DNA of 61,959 nt, from positions 1-61,959 of the IMG/VR virus record IMGVR_UViG_3300005573_000100. One strand, given 5' to 3'. The first letter of the stretch is position 1; every line of letters starts with the position of its first letter. This stretch comes from a virus (Duplodnaviria; Caudoviricetes). A model generated the notes under the pieces. That model saw only the letters and a program-made list of their open reading frames with translations. It was not told the DNA's origin and ran no database searches. Of this stretch, positions 1 through 10,031 are shown one piece after another. Made by a program: the position numbers and the translations under genes.

Positions 1-1079
1 ATCTGCTTCGCAGCCTGAGAACCTCGTCTATAGGCTTCAGTGCCAACACCCTTCCAAAAACCACCAATCAATCCAGGCTGTTCTGCCAGTACCTGTCCTA
101 CTTGTTTAGCAGTCGGTTTGACCTTTTGTTCATAAGCCTGCTGCACAGGCTTGATGGCGGCCCGACCGGCTTGACTAAAACCAGTAGCCAACGGGCTGAA
201 AACACTCCGCAGGTACCCATCATCTCCAACTTTTTCGATGCTGCTCCTTATCCCAGCAGCCCATTCTTGGAATGTCTGTGGAGCAGAAGCACTTTTGCCT
301 CTGTTCAGTAAATAGCCAGCTACCAAACCAGCGCCCAACCAAGGACCAAACTTACGAGCGAGAGGACCATATTTAGCCATTCCCTCCATTAATGCAGGCT
401 GGACCTTTGCTGCAAGGGGTGTAGCCATAGCCTTCTGTGCTCTTCGTCTTGCCAAAAGGGCTGCGAGAACTCCAAGTCCTCCAAGTGTGCCGGCGGCTCC
501 TAATCCAGCAGCGACAGGATGTCCTTTAACAGCAGACAAAGCAGATTCAGCTGATGGTTTAACCTTTTCTTGATAAATTTTCCCAAGATCAGCCTTAGCA
601 CTATAAGCTTTGGCTTTTAGCGCCTCTTTACCTCTTCCAAGCAGTTCACCAATTAGCTGCCCAACAGTAGCCGACGGAAGTCTGGGTTTAATATCTGATT
701 GCCCACGCATCATTTGCCTATACTCTTCCATCCTTGCTTTCAGTTCATCCTCCGCGATAGCTTTGTCCACAGCTTCTCTTCCTGCTTCGGTCTGAAATGT
801 GGCTTGAATACCAGGAACTATAACTGTTTTGGGGGCTGGGTATCCAGCTTCGGTGTACGTGTGAACAATCTCCTCTACAGGATCACGAGTACTATATTGT
901 GGAACTGTCGGTTTTTTGCGTCTAAGTGGGGGAGACGATGGTGTTTTTCCAGCATAGTATGCATCAGGGTTGAACTTTTTCTCCATAAGCCCGGCAAAAG
1001 CTTCTCCGGGATAACCGATTATATTCAGTGCTTTGTTGTAGGTTTCTCTCCAACCGGCCAGTTTTTTCAAAGTGTTCAT
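1..1079 (-). CDS. Partial CDS (runs off left edge); Gly/Ala-rich putative virion protein, paralog of 1206..2027
   Basis: Not in the ORF track because it has no stop in the window. ATG at 1079 follows AGGAGG. Segments translated by hand in one frame: MNTLKKLAGWRETYNKALN...SAVKGHPVAAGLGAAGTLG...RGKSASAPQTFQEWAAGIRSSIEKVG...FWKGVGTEAYRRGSQAAKQ. Confidence 0.85.
   Translation of the reverse strand, partial: MNTLKKLAGWRETYNKALNIIGYPGEAFAGLMEKKFNPDAYYAGKTPSSPPLRRKKPTVPQYSTRDPVEEIVHTYTEAGYPAPKTVIVPGIQATFQTEAGREAVDKAIAEDELKARMEEYRQMMRGQSDIKPRLPSATVGQLIGELLGRGKEALKAKAYSAKADLGKIYQEKVKPSAESALSAVKGHPVAAGLGAAGTLGGLGVLAALLARRRAQKAMATPLAAKVQPALMEGMAKYGPLARKFGPWLGAGLVAGYLLNRGKSASAPQTFQEWAAGIRSSIEKVGDDGYLRSVFSPLATGFSQAGRAAIKPVQQAYEQKVKPTAKQVGQVLAEQPGLIGGFWKGVGTEAYRRGSQAAKQ
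482..512. repeat. 31-bp exact direct repeat (copy 1; copy 2 at 1664..1694) shared by tandem paralogs
   Basis: caagtgtgccggcggctcctaatccagcagc occurs at 482 and 1664 and encodes AAGLGAAGTL in both genes. Confidence 0.9.
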
Positions 1080-1205
1080 AACAGTCCTCCTAAAAACTAA
1101 TAATAAAATAGACTAAATGATGAGTATAGCTATAACTAATCATAAGTCTATTTACTCTATTACTACAAATCATCAATTTTTTACTTAACATTTAAGTGTC
1201 TGTGT

Positions 1206-2027
1206 CTATTTGTTTCTAAGCATAGAGTAACCAGCTAACTCACCAGCTGTAGGAGTTCTAACACGATACAAAGCTCTACCAGAAGGGCCTGGTGGCCCAA
1301 GTGGGTTAACCCCAGGTTTAGCAACTGCTTGAGGTATAGCCCCAGGAAAGATAGAAGCAATCTGTGGTTTAACTGCTGGAAATGAACTAACTGGCAACGA
1401 GCTAAGAGGATTAATAGTATTGAACCCTAATTTTTCAAGACCACTCCTTAATTCGTCAATCAACTCTTCCACTGTTGGCAAAGCAGAAGCCTGTTTGTTT
1501 TGCCTACGCCCTAATAAGTAGCCAGCAAGTAAACCACCACCAAGCCAGGGAGCAAGTCTGCCCAAACCTCCGAATGCTTCTGGAGCTCTTTGTGCAAGTG
1601 CTTCGGCGATTGATCTCTCTGCCCTTCGTCTTGCTAAAAGTGCTGCAACAGTTCCGACTCCAGCAAGTGTGCCGGCGGCTCCTAATCCAGCAGCAACAGG
1701 GTGTCTCGATATAGCAGACAAAAGAGCCGACGCTGTCGGCGTTGATGTTGGTGTTTTTTGTTCTGCCCCCTGTTGTTTTGGCTGATTTGCCCATGAAGGA
1801 GTCCATGGAGCACCAGGGTGTCCTGTCATGGAAGCCAAGAGAGGTGATGGTGCTTCTTCCGTTGTATCAACCGTTGTATCAACAACCGGCTTTTTAACTT
1901 TCCTAAATGCCAAACGTGCTTTCCTGTTCAAATCCGCAAGTGCTCTATTTACAGCTGCTTGATATGTGGGATATGCCCAAGGGTCGATACCCTGTGCATT
2001 GTCTGCCAATTTTTGCAAAGTGTTCAT
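1206..2027 (-). CDS. Gly/Ala-rich putative virion (internal/ejection) protein with two hydrophobic segments
   Basis: AGGAGG RBS; HPVAAGLGAAGTLAGVGTVAALLARRR and PWLGGGLLAGYLLGRR segments; KLA/KQAS motifs. Confidence 0.6.
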   Translation of the reverse strand: MNTLQKLADNAQGIDPWAYPTYQAAVNRALADLNRKARLAFRKVKKPVVDTTVDTTEEAPSPLLASMTGHPGAPWTPSWANQPKQQGAEQKTPTSTPTASALLSAISRHPVAAGLGAAGTLAGVGTVAALLARRRAERSIAEALAQRAPEAFGGLGRLAPWLGGGLLAGYLLGRRQNKQASALPTVEELIDELRSGLEKLGFNTINPLSSLPVSSFPAVKPQIASIFPGAIPQAVAKPGVNPLGPPGPSGRALYRVRTPTAGELAGYSMLRNK

Positions 2028-2080
2028 ATCAATCCTCCTAAAAAATACTAATGCATGCTAAAAGGTTAGTATAGACAGAA

Positions 2081-2836
2081 CTAACTATACAAAACATTTC
2101 CTACATTACTCCAAAGTTCATTTAGTCGCTTTACTGCCGCTTTATATCTATTACTACCAGGTGGGATATACTCTTTACCATAACTAATTCCACATGATTT
2201 TAGTAACGAATACTCGCCAGTAACCATCCTTACAGCGGCCATAGCTTTCCACAGTTGTCTATCATGCTGGAGATACAACCTGTTACTCTCTCTAAGTAAT
2301 ACGTCAGGGGCTATATGACCAGCTATTCTAGGCGCATCTAAACGCTTGAAAATCAATCCTTTAGTGTATCTATCAGCTAGTTCTTTTTCATCAAGTTCGT
2401 GGGCTATTACTAATTCTTTTAGTTTCCTTAGTTGCTCTTTATTTAGCTTTACTCCACCAAGAGGTCTCTTAGGAAGAATAGCTTTAGCAGTACGCAAATA
2501 GTCTTCTAAATCCGTAAGTTCTTGTATCTGCCGTTTTCGTTTTTCTGATAGCGCACTAATTACTCTATACGATGGAATTGCATGTGACCAATAGGTCTCT
2601 AAGAGACCTTTTCTTCTTAAAAGTTCTATCAGGGCTTGCTCATTGAAATGTGGGGCATCTTTAGGTATTCCTCTAATTTTTCTGATGAGGCTATCTATAG
2701 TAGAACTTGGGAAACCCATAAGCACCTTTGAATACGCCGGACCGTATTTCTTTCTGGCTTTTGGAAATTTAGAAAGCTCAACAAGAGCTTTTGCCCTTTC
2801 AAAGTTAGGATCAACCCTATTCGACCTAGTACTCAA
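2081..2836 (-). CDS. Hypothetical protein with HExxE...H (possible zincin-like) motif
   Basis: TTG start after GAGGT; VIAHELDE...AGHIAPDVLLRESN. Confidence 0.55.
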   Translation of the reverse strand: MSTRSNRVDPNFERAKALVELSKFPKARKKYGPAYSKVLMGFPSSTIDSLIRKIRGIPKDAPHFNEQALIELLRRKGLLETYWSHAIPSYRVISALSEKRKRQIQELTDLEDYLRTAKAILPKRPLGGVKLNKEQLRKLKELVIAHELDEKELADRYTKGLIFKRLDAPRIAGHIAPDVLLRESNRLYLQHDRQLWKAMAAVRMVTGEYSLLKSCGISYGKEYIPPGSNRYKAAVKRLNELWSNVGNVLYS

Positions 2837-2873
2837 ACTTCATACCTCTAACTAAAAAAATACAATAAGTTAG

Positions 2874-5800
2874 TTATTTTGTCTTCTTGTCCATTATTTG
2901 AGAAACGTCAGCAAAGTCAGTGCCGTATACTAAATCTGGGATTGGATTAAACGACTGAAGTTTAGTTTTCCCCCCAGTTATAGCCGCTTCAATAACACTT
3001 GTTTTAATGCGCTCGAAATTCAGCTTTGTCATCCAGTCACTTCCAACCTCCAGAGGTAGAACATTAATTCCTTTCAACACCGGTTTATATTTAACCGGAG
3101 GCAATTCTACTTTAACCTGGTCAGGAAGATGAGGCAGCATTTTTCTGTCCACAATTGTGCCTTTCTTGAATCCTTTGTAATTTTCCAATAGTTTCCCACC
3201 GACAGCGTTTCCTTTAGAAACCTCTGCAAATCTACCAGATTTGTTGAACCAGTTAGCATGGTTCAGTGGCACAAGATCTCCTTCTAACCAATGCGGATGG
3301 CCGCCTCTATCGTCTACTTCTGCTACATTAGTCAAGGCCTTTACTATGAGTTCAACATTAGTTCTTCTAATAGGAGTTTGTGTCCGAAGTAAATTGTATA
3401 TCTCATCAACCAACTTATTTCTAGTTCCTTCAACCCCGACAAGCTCCATATGTTTTCTTGGATTAAATAGTCCTGTAGAAATTGGCTGACCCTTAGTAAC
3501 CTTGTCGCCTACAGAGACTGTTACTTTCCTGTCAGAAGGAACCCAATGAGTAACCTTATTTATTACTATCTCTGTCCCTAAAGGCTTTTTGTGTATGGCT
3601 TCAACTTTTCCAAAAGTCTGGGCTAATACTGATTCTCCTGATAAATTCTCTGGGAATGCCAAAAGTTGACGTAGTCTATTAAAAGGAGATATTTGCGCGC
3701 CAACAGCGCCTCCAGTATGCCACCCAGAAAGAGCAAGCTGTGAACTTGGTTCGCCTATGGCATGTGCAGCAGATACCCCGACGAACTCGCCTAGCCTATG
3801 TTCTTTTCCACTTGGGTTCAATCCCATACATTTCTTACAAACCCCATGAGGAGCCTGGCAATTCAAAGGGGATCTAACTTCTAATTCTTTGATCTTAGCC
3901 TTCTTCGCTTCGGACAAAAGTTCCGGAGTAATTATTGTATTCCTACGATATACTTTACCATTTATGGTCACATCGTTAGGCAAGTACCTTCCCAGAATTT
4001 GGTCGTCATCAACACTCATATAAGTGCCCTTTTTAACCCCACAGTCATCGGAGGTCACTCTAACGTCTAATACTGATGCCAGCATTTGTTTCGATAACCA
4101 ACCAGGGTCTCTAATTTCACGAGCTTTTCCAGAAACCAGACCGGATCTTGCCCCAAGCATTGATGTAAAATAATCGGTCACATCCATCCCAGCACCATAA
4201 CCAGATTTTATAGGAACAGTAATCAATTTCCCGTGTTGCTCTACTAGACCAGGCCCGACAGTCATTTGCAGAAGTTGCCCAGGGTTACCTCTTGCTCCAG
4301 ATTCAACCATTTTGTAAAGAAACGAATCTTTTGGAAGAGTTTCCAATGCTTTTTTCTCTATGGCCGCTTTCGCAGATAGTAAAATCTTAGTTTTCTTGTC
4401 CTGATCTTTAGTATTGGCTGCCATGCGCTCAGCTTTGTCCCAGACCCGTTTAGTATATTCCTGTAAGGATTTAGGCACTTTTACATCTTCTATACCCATG
4501 CTGACGCCATATCTAAATGCATAGTCATTACCAAGAACTCTTAGCTTTTCAACTACCGATGGATAGTCGTTAGGATGTTTATGCCCGATGTCTGAAAGTA
4601 GTTTGGCAAGATTTTTACCAGTTAAAACATCTACCTCATAGCCTTTGGGCAGTGCCTGTTGAATAAGTATTCTTCCGGCAGTAGTCCTTTTCCCTGCGAC
4701 AGTTACTTCCTCATTAAGGGAAACCTTTTTCTCATTTACAGCAGTCATCAAATCTTTTACCGAATCGAATTTCTTATCCGATTTTTTCTCCACACGTGAT
4801 AAAAGGTATAGCCCCATCAACCCTTCGTGTCTTGGGGCGTACAAAGCCTTTCCTGATGTAGTGGAAAACAGGTTGTTGGAAGGTAATAAATTTTGTAGCT
4901 CTTTTACAGCGTTTTCTGTTACGGGAGTAAACACAGAAAACGCATCTCCATCAAGGTCTCCACCGAAACCCTGTAAGGTCAATGGGTGGATGTGTATAGC
5001 TTCTCCAGAAACAAGTTTGGGGTAAAAAGCCATCACATTATAACGATGCAATACCGGGTCTCTCTTTAATAATACAGGTCGCTCTTTCATTTCTCTTTCT
5101 AAGGCTGTCCTTGCGGCCGGAACTTTGTTTTTTACCATCTCAGTAGCCTGTAGAGTTGTGTAACCGGCTCTGGTCAATCTCCTTATAACTAAAGGACCAA
5201 AAATTGTCCAAGCCATTTTCTCAGGAAGTCCCACTTCATCAAGGGGCATACTTTCTTTAGGAACGACAATGACAGCCCTTGCACTTAGATCCTGCCTCCG
5301 CTTCAAAAGTGATTGTTGGAAATATCCTAATTTAGGTTGTGGTCCTGCTATAATATCGAGAACAGACCTATATTGCTTAGACCCAACTGAAAGCCCATTC
5401 ATCTGTAACGCCTCAAGGGCAGAATAAACTGACGAATAAGCATCTGCTTGTTCTTTATCTGTTAGCTCCTTTGCTTGTTTAAGTTGTTGATTTAGAATAC
5501 CAATGTTTCTATACAGTCCATTCAGGTCATTAACAGAAATACTTCTATCCTTAGTCTCGGTTATAGGCCTAAAATAAGGAGGGATAACCAACACATGCTT
5601 AGTCATGTAAACATCTTCGGGGTTTCTTTTCAACTCAGCAAGATGACGAAGTATTCTAATTTTTCTGGCCAGTTTTGCCCGCTCATTACCTGATGTGTTC
5701 TTTATTCTTTCTTCTGATTCTGCCAGCTCCTTTTTCACATCAAGCGTGGATAGCAATTTCTTAAAGGCTTTATCAAGACGGTATTTTCCATCTGGTGATA

Positions 5801-8800
5801 ATTTGCCATCGTCAGTAACACCCAATTTACCCTGTATTAGCTCATCATATTGAGTCCTTGTCATACCGAACAGAATGGCAAAAGCATCCTTGTAAATAGG
5901 ATTAGGAAACGACGCATTAAGTGTAATATGAGAATATTTAGTCCCTGTAATACCACCTGTTTTAACAGGGTCAAACAAACCGCCAGGTTCTTCTCTTAAA
6001 TCTTTACCCCTAATTATTTTGGTTGGGTCTATTTCACCTGAACTAAGCTTGAGAATATCTTCGTCATACAGTGGGTATAGCTGCAGCACATTTCCTGTTT
6101 TCTTTACATCTACTCCGAGCGTGCGCAAATAGTCGACAAATTTTTTATAGGGGACCGGCACAGATGGAGGTGGAAGAGGAGCTCCAGATTGCAAAGCGAA
6201 CCAAAACTCAGGATTCGCCGAACTTTTATATGTCTGCATTTCATACAGATTCTTCAATGCCCCATGAGCAAGCATCGCATAAAGACCAAGATGACCTAAA
6301 GATTGGGCTCCTTCTCCACCTAAAGGAATGGAATCATAAGAATACTTTTCCCCTACCCCACCTCCACGAGCAGTAGCTTTCGTCAAAGCAGTATGTTTAA
6401 GCTTCAAAATATATTCTGGACCCACCAGAACAGGATGCTCTGTTTTGACCCCTGTCGTCGGGTCTATTAGATATTCTTTGTCAGAAATTCTATGCTCTTT
6501 CAGTTCTTTCTCTATTTCTTCAAGGTCGCCTTTCTTAAATTGAGCGACCATCTTAGGTTTTCCTGTTTTTTCTGCTATCTTTCCAGCAGCTGCCTCTAAT
6601 ACTTGACCAAAATTGAGTCTTGAAGGTATACCAAGCGGGTTCACAATTACATCTATGGTCTTTCCTGATTCTGTTTTCGGCATCTCCGCATCTGGGACTA
6701 TGTAAGTTATTATTCCCTTAGGAGCGGCTCTAGTACTCAGTTTGTCCCCGACCTGAGCAGGTTCTTCTGTTTCTATGTAGACATCTATATTTTTGCCTTT
6801 TACAACCCTTACAACTCTACCTCTAAATGGGTTAGTCCAAGTAACAGTTTTATTTTTCCAAGGTTGATACAATTTCTTTGAGAACCTTGCTAAGAGAAGC
6901 TCTTCAGGTTTTGGTTGTATGTCGTGTTGGAGTACCGCTATTAAAGGATCTCCTTCATCAACATACTCACCTTCCTTAATTACTCCATCAGAATCCAGCT
7001 TATTCAACTGATTAGTATTAAAAATCCCAGGATACAAAGCGAGTAGCTTATTTTTGGATACAGCTATTCCTTTTGAAGTATAAACATTCTCTCTATACAA
7101 ATGGCGTGATGTTAGCTTTTTAGCTGCACTTTCAGATACCACTATTCCGTCCTCAAAGTTTAATCCTTTGTATGGAACATAAGCAACTAAAAGATTCTTA
7201 CCTATCTTGAGTTTTCCTTGTTTATCTGTAAAATTTGTTTCACTAACAATATCTCCCTTTTTAACCTTGTCGCCTGGTTTGACTATTGGGGTAGAATGGG
7301 CGTAACCACCGTCTTCAAGAGGGAAATAATTAAGAAGAGGAACTTTCGCCACGTTCTTTCCAGATTTTATTACTATGTGGTCTTTGGTTACTTTGGACAC
7401 AACACCGTCAATAGGCGATTCAACCATCGGGAACGCGGCTCTTCCAACATCAGACCAACCGTGTCCTTTCGCCACTTCAACATCAACTAATGGATGATCA
7501 GCATCGACAAGAGGTAGGCTCTGTTCAATATGCTTAGTAGCAAGAAGAGCTCTATTACCAGAATCATGAGCTAAAAAAGGTATACCCAAAGAAGCTATGT
7601 CGAAAAGTGCCTCCGGCACATCAAACATATAATCTACCTTGCTGGCTGGTATATCTACTATTTCATGCTTATGGATTGCTTTTACTCTAGGAGAAACAAA
7701 ATTAATCTTGCCGTCTACGATTTTTACCTGATCTGGAAGAACCACAAAAGATTCAAAAGCTTTCTCAGGTGTTATATAAGTGTATTGCTTATTTTTAACA
7801 TCCCACACCTTGGAGACTAAAGAGTCTCCTTTCTTTTTGGCTCCAGCAGCCATATGAACAACCAGCCCAGCTTTTGAATTGTCTGGAGTCATTATCGGGT
7901 CCAAAAAACCAAAAGTAGATGGATCCAATTGCTGTTGTTTCTCTACAATCTGGTCGAGAGATGAGATACCACCTTCTCCCAGAACCGTAACCTTAGACCC
8001 AGACGAAGCAATATCTACAGGGTTTACTTGAGAAGGAAGCCCGACAACTTGGCTGGAGGTAAAAAAAGTAAGAATAGGATGAGAAAAATGTTCAGATATA
8101 ACAATCTTAGATATATCATTTAGCCTGTCGAGTCTTGCTAAAGTTCTGTTGTGCAAAACCTGTTTGGATTTTAGTATCCTTTCTTTCAAAAAATCAGCTG
8201 TATCTATTGGGGTTTTGAATGCGAGGGAGTTTTTATCATCCTCCTTAGCCATACCTTTAGAAACACCAATAACTTTTTTTGTGGCAAGTAATAACACATT
8301 CCCATCTACTTTAGAGAAAGATCGTCCAAGCGTCAATTTAGAAACGTTTGGATCAAGCACGGTCTCGTTGAATACTTTACTAATATCCTCAGGGTTTACC
8401 CCTAGCGCCCTAGCAAAACGAGCAACCGTTTTTTCTCTGTCTTTTATGTTTGCTTTATAAATATCTTCTCCGACTAATGATTTTAGTTCTTGCCCAGAAA
8501 CTCCGAGATGCTCTAGTATCGGGAATAGTGGAAGTTCTGAAGACCCATAGTTGAAACTAAATATCCTTGTAGTAGGGTCAAAAACAACAGCGGCACTTTT
8601 ACCTCTTAGGTTAACTAAATTAAGTTTGGCTTGAATAGTTCCATCCTCTTTACGCTCTGTGTAAACCCCAGGCTTCAACCTAAGCTGTATAGGAACAGTA
8701 TATTCAGTGCCACCCACAATATATGAATATCTATCTGTCAATGCAGGAAGATGCGCCAAAGTCATTTTCTTCCGATCCAACACCTTTCCTGTGGCTTTAT

Positions 8801-9017
8801 CTATAAGAGAAAAATCCCCCACCACCCTCTGAAATAGACTTCTATGGCTTAACTTAGCCTTAAGTTGGGCTGGGTAGTCTGACATATACTCATTAGGTTC
8901 AACATCAACACCGTTTAGTCGCAGAATATGCTTACTCCCTTCTATGGGGAATACTTGCATAAACGCATCTGCAACCGATTTGGCAATGTCTCGGCTATGC
9001 TCAATAGGGTCGATCAT
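2874..9017 (-). CDS. rpoBC: DNA-directed RNA polymerase, fused beta-beta' subunits (phage-encoded)
   Basis: Beta motifs: NRALLA, GKNLLVAYVPYKGLNFEDGIVVSE, GDKLSTRAAPKGII, NPLGIPSRLNFGQVLE, YILKLKH. Beta' motifs follow in the same frame: GGLFD, KRRQDLSARAVI, PVLLKRDPVLHR, GGDLDGD, SGARG, DDCG, RSPLNC..HGVCKKCMG, GEPSSQLALSGWHTGG. Confidence 0.97.
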   Translation of the reverse strand: MIDPIEHSRDIAKSVADAFMQVFPIEGSKHILRLNGVDVEPNEYMSDYPAQLKAKLSHRSLFQRVVGDFSLIDKATGKVLDRKKMTLAHLPALTDRYSYIVGGTEYTVPIQLRLKPGVYTERKEDGTIQAKLNLVNLRGKSAAVVFDPTTRIFSFNYGSSELPLFPILEHLGVSGQELKSLVGEDIYKANIKDREKTVARFARALGVNPEDISKVFNETVLDPNVSKLTLGRSFSKVDGNVLLLATKKVIGVSKGMAKEDDKNSLAFKTPIDTADFLKERILKSKQVLHNRTLARLDRLNDISKIVISEHFSHPILTFFTSSQVVGLPSQVNPVDIASSGSKVTVLGEGGISSLDQIVEKQQQLDPSTFGFLDPIMTPDNSKAGLVVHMAAGAKKKGDSLVSKVWDVKNKQYTYITPEKAFESFVVLPDQVKIVDGKINFVSPRVKAIHKHEIVDIPASKVDYMFDVPEALFDIASLGIPFLAHDSGNRALLATKHIEQSLPLVDADHPLVDVEVAKGHGWSDVGRAAFPMVESPIDGVVSKVTKDHIVIKSGKNVAKVPLLNYFPLEDGGYAHSTPIVKPGDKVKKGDIVSETNFTDKQGKLKIGKNLLVAYVPYKGLNFEDGIVVSESAAKKLTSRHLYRENVYTSKGIAVSKNKLLALYPGIFNTNQLNKLDSDGVIKEGEYVDEGDPLIAVLQHDIQPKPEELLLARFSKKLYQPWKNKTVTWTNPFRGRVVRVVKGKNIDVYIETEEPAQVGDKLSTRAAPKGIITYIVPDAEMPKTESGKTIDVIVNPLGIPSRLNFGQVLEAAAGKIAEKTGKPKMVAQFKKGDLEEIEKELKEHRISDKEYLIDPTTGVKTEHPVLVGPEYILKLKHTALTKATARGGGVGEKYSYDSIPLGGEGAQSLGHLGLYAMLAHGALKNLYEMQTYKSSANPEFWFALQSGAPLPPPSVPVPYKKFVDYLRTLGVDVKKTGNVLQLYPLYDEDILKLSSGEIDPTKIIRGKDLREEPGGLFDPVKTGGITGTKYSHITLNASFPNPIYKDAFAILFGMTRTQYDELIQGKLGVTDDGKLSPDGKYRLDKAFKKLLSTLDVKKELAESEERIKNTSGNERAKLARKIRILRHLAELKRNPEDVYMTKHVLVIPPYFRPITETKDRSISVNDLNGLYRNIGILNQQLKQAKELTDKEQADAYSSVYSALEALQMNGLSVGSKQYRSVLDIIAGPQPKLGYFQQSLLKRRQDLSARAVIVVPKESMPLDEVGLPEKMAWTIFGPLVIRRLTRAGYTTLQATEMVKNKVPAARTALEREMKERPVLLKRDPVLHRYNVMAFYPKLVSGEAIHIHPLTLQGFGGDLDGDAFSVFTPVTENAVKELQNLLPSNNLFSTTSGKALYAPRHEGLMGLYLLSRVEKKSDKKFDSVKDLMTAVNEKKVSLNEEVTVAGKRTTAGRILIQQALPKGYEVDVLTGKNLAKLLSDIGHKHPNDYPSVVEKLRVLGNDYAFRYGVSMGIEDVKVPKSLQEYTKRVWDKAERMAANTKDQDKKTKILLSAKAAIEKKALETLPKDSFLYKMVESGARGNPGQLLQMTVGPGLVEQHGKLITVPIKSGYGAGMDVTDYFTSMLGARSGLVSGKAREIRDPGWLSKQMLASVLDVRVTSDDCGVKKGTYMSVDDDQILGRYLPNDVTINGKVYRRNTIITPELLSEAKKAKIKELEVRSPLNCQAPHGVCKKCMGLNPSGKEHRLGEFVGVSAAHAIGEPSSQLALSGWHTGGAVGAQISPFNRLRQLLAFPENLSGESVLAQTFGKVEAIHKKPLGTEIVINKVTHWVPSDRKVTVSVGDKVTKGQPISTGLFNPRKHMELVGVEGTRNKLVDEIYNLLRTQTPIRRTNVELIVKALTNVAEVDDRGGHPHWLEGDLVPLNHANWFNKSGRFAEVSKGNAVGGKLLENYKGFKKGTIVDRKMLPHLPDQVKVELPPVKYKPVLKGINVLPLEVGSDWMTKLNFERIKTSVIEAAITGGKTKLQSFNPIPDLVYGTDFADVSQIMDKKTK

Positions 9018-9066
9018 CTCTATAAAATTTTACTCTAAATTACTAAAATACGCCACTAACGATATG

Positions 9067-9130
9067 ACTAAAAAAATAATTAGTCTCCCCGGCTCAGACT
9101 AAAGTATAATTAGTCCAAGACCGGGGAGAC
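9067..9130 (-). terminator. Nested hairpin / putative terminator of the replication operon
   Basis: gtctccccgg (9083-92) pairs with ccggggagac (9121-30); inner gactaa/ttagtc stem; followed on the minus strand by TTTTTTTAGT. Confidence 0.65.
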
Positions 9131-9151
9131 CTATCAAGGAGGTGGTAATTA

Positions 9152-10012
9152 TCAAGAATCAAATATATCGTGTTCCAAAGGAACACCCAGAGCAGTTAAC
9201 AGAAGTTTTTCAAGATCGTCGTCAGAACTATTCACAATATCCTCCTCTTTGTAGCCAAAAGATACCAGCTTTTTGATAAGTAAATTTCTGCGCTCTGTTG
9301 AATCTTCAGATGGGTTGTCAGTGTCAGGTTTCCTACCTGAGATAATAGTCTCCAGCCTCTCTAGGAGACGAATTATCTTATCATGATCATCCATGATCGT
9401 AACCATCATTTTTCTGACAATATTATCTATGTCCTGGATGGCACCTTCGACTGAAATTTTATCAGATGCGGATATAGCAAGTTTGCCGGCTGTGGCCAAA
9501 TACTTCAGCTGCGCTATTCTAGTTGCTATCGGCAATCCTCTGCTAATCCCCAGTTCTTTGCATATGGAGTCAAATAAATCAGTTGATTCTGGATGAGGTT
9601 TTGCAGCTTCCTTTTTATCTGGTTTCTTATCCTCTGTTACGGTAGGCTTTCCTACTGTTATAACAGACTCACCTGTAGGACTGAATGGGTCGGCTATAAC
9701 TTGTTTGTCCGGCGCGCTCTCAACACGTCGCTCCTTAACTTGTTTAGGAGCATGACTTGGTCCACCATCCTGTGATGATGATACAACTATGCTATCAGCC
9801 ACGGAATCTACAATTTCTTCTGGGCTACGACCTTGAGTGATTAACTCCATAATTTTCTCAAGGACGTCTATTTTAGCGGCTACAAAGAAACTCTTTCTAG
9901 CCGCCTTACCGTACTTAGCCCCGACAATGTCTTGTAGGGCTGGGCATCTCTGCTTTATCTGCTCTACCATTGCCCATTTTTGGGCGACTCCCGTGTTTTT
10001 TCTTTCTCCCAT
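9152..10012 (-). CDS. Hypothetical protein
   Basis: 286-aa ORF, AGGAG RBS, last gene of the minus-strand operon. Confidence 0.75.
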   Translation of the reverse strand: MGERKNTGVAQKWAMVEQIKQRCPALQDIVGAKYGKAARKSFFVAAKIDVLEKIMELITQGRSPEEIVDSVADSIVVSSSQDGGPSHAPKQVKERRVESAPDKQVIADPFSPTGESVITVGKPTVTEDKKPDKKEAAKPHPESTDLFDSICKELGISRGLPIATRIAQLKYLATAGKLAISASDKISVEGAIQDIDNIVRKMMVTIMDDHDKIIRLLERLETIISGRKPDTDNPSEDSTERRNLLIKKLVSFGYKEEDIVNSSDDDLEKLLLTALGVPLEHDIFDS

Positions 10013-10031
10013 ATTTATTCTCCTTTCTAAA

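Noticed and set aside
102-1100. + strand ORFs 102, 610, 699 and similar antisense ORFs throughout the track
   Set aside because: They are shadows of longer opposite-strand genes, without RBS or recognisable motifs
482-1694. DGR template/variable repeat pair
   Set aside because: No reverse transcriptase in the window and mismatches are not adenine-specific; gene duplication explains it
2874-9017. Cellular rpoBC locus (bacterial chromosome)
   Set aside because: No ribosomal-protein or nusG neighbours; surrounded by terminase, portal and tail genes; motifs are divergent and domains are deleted
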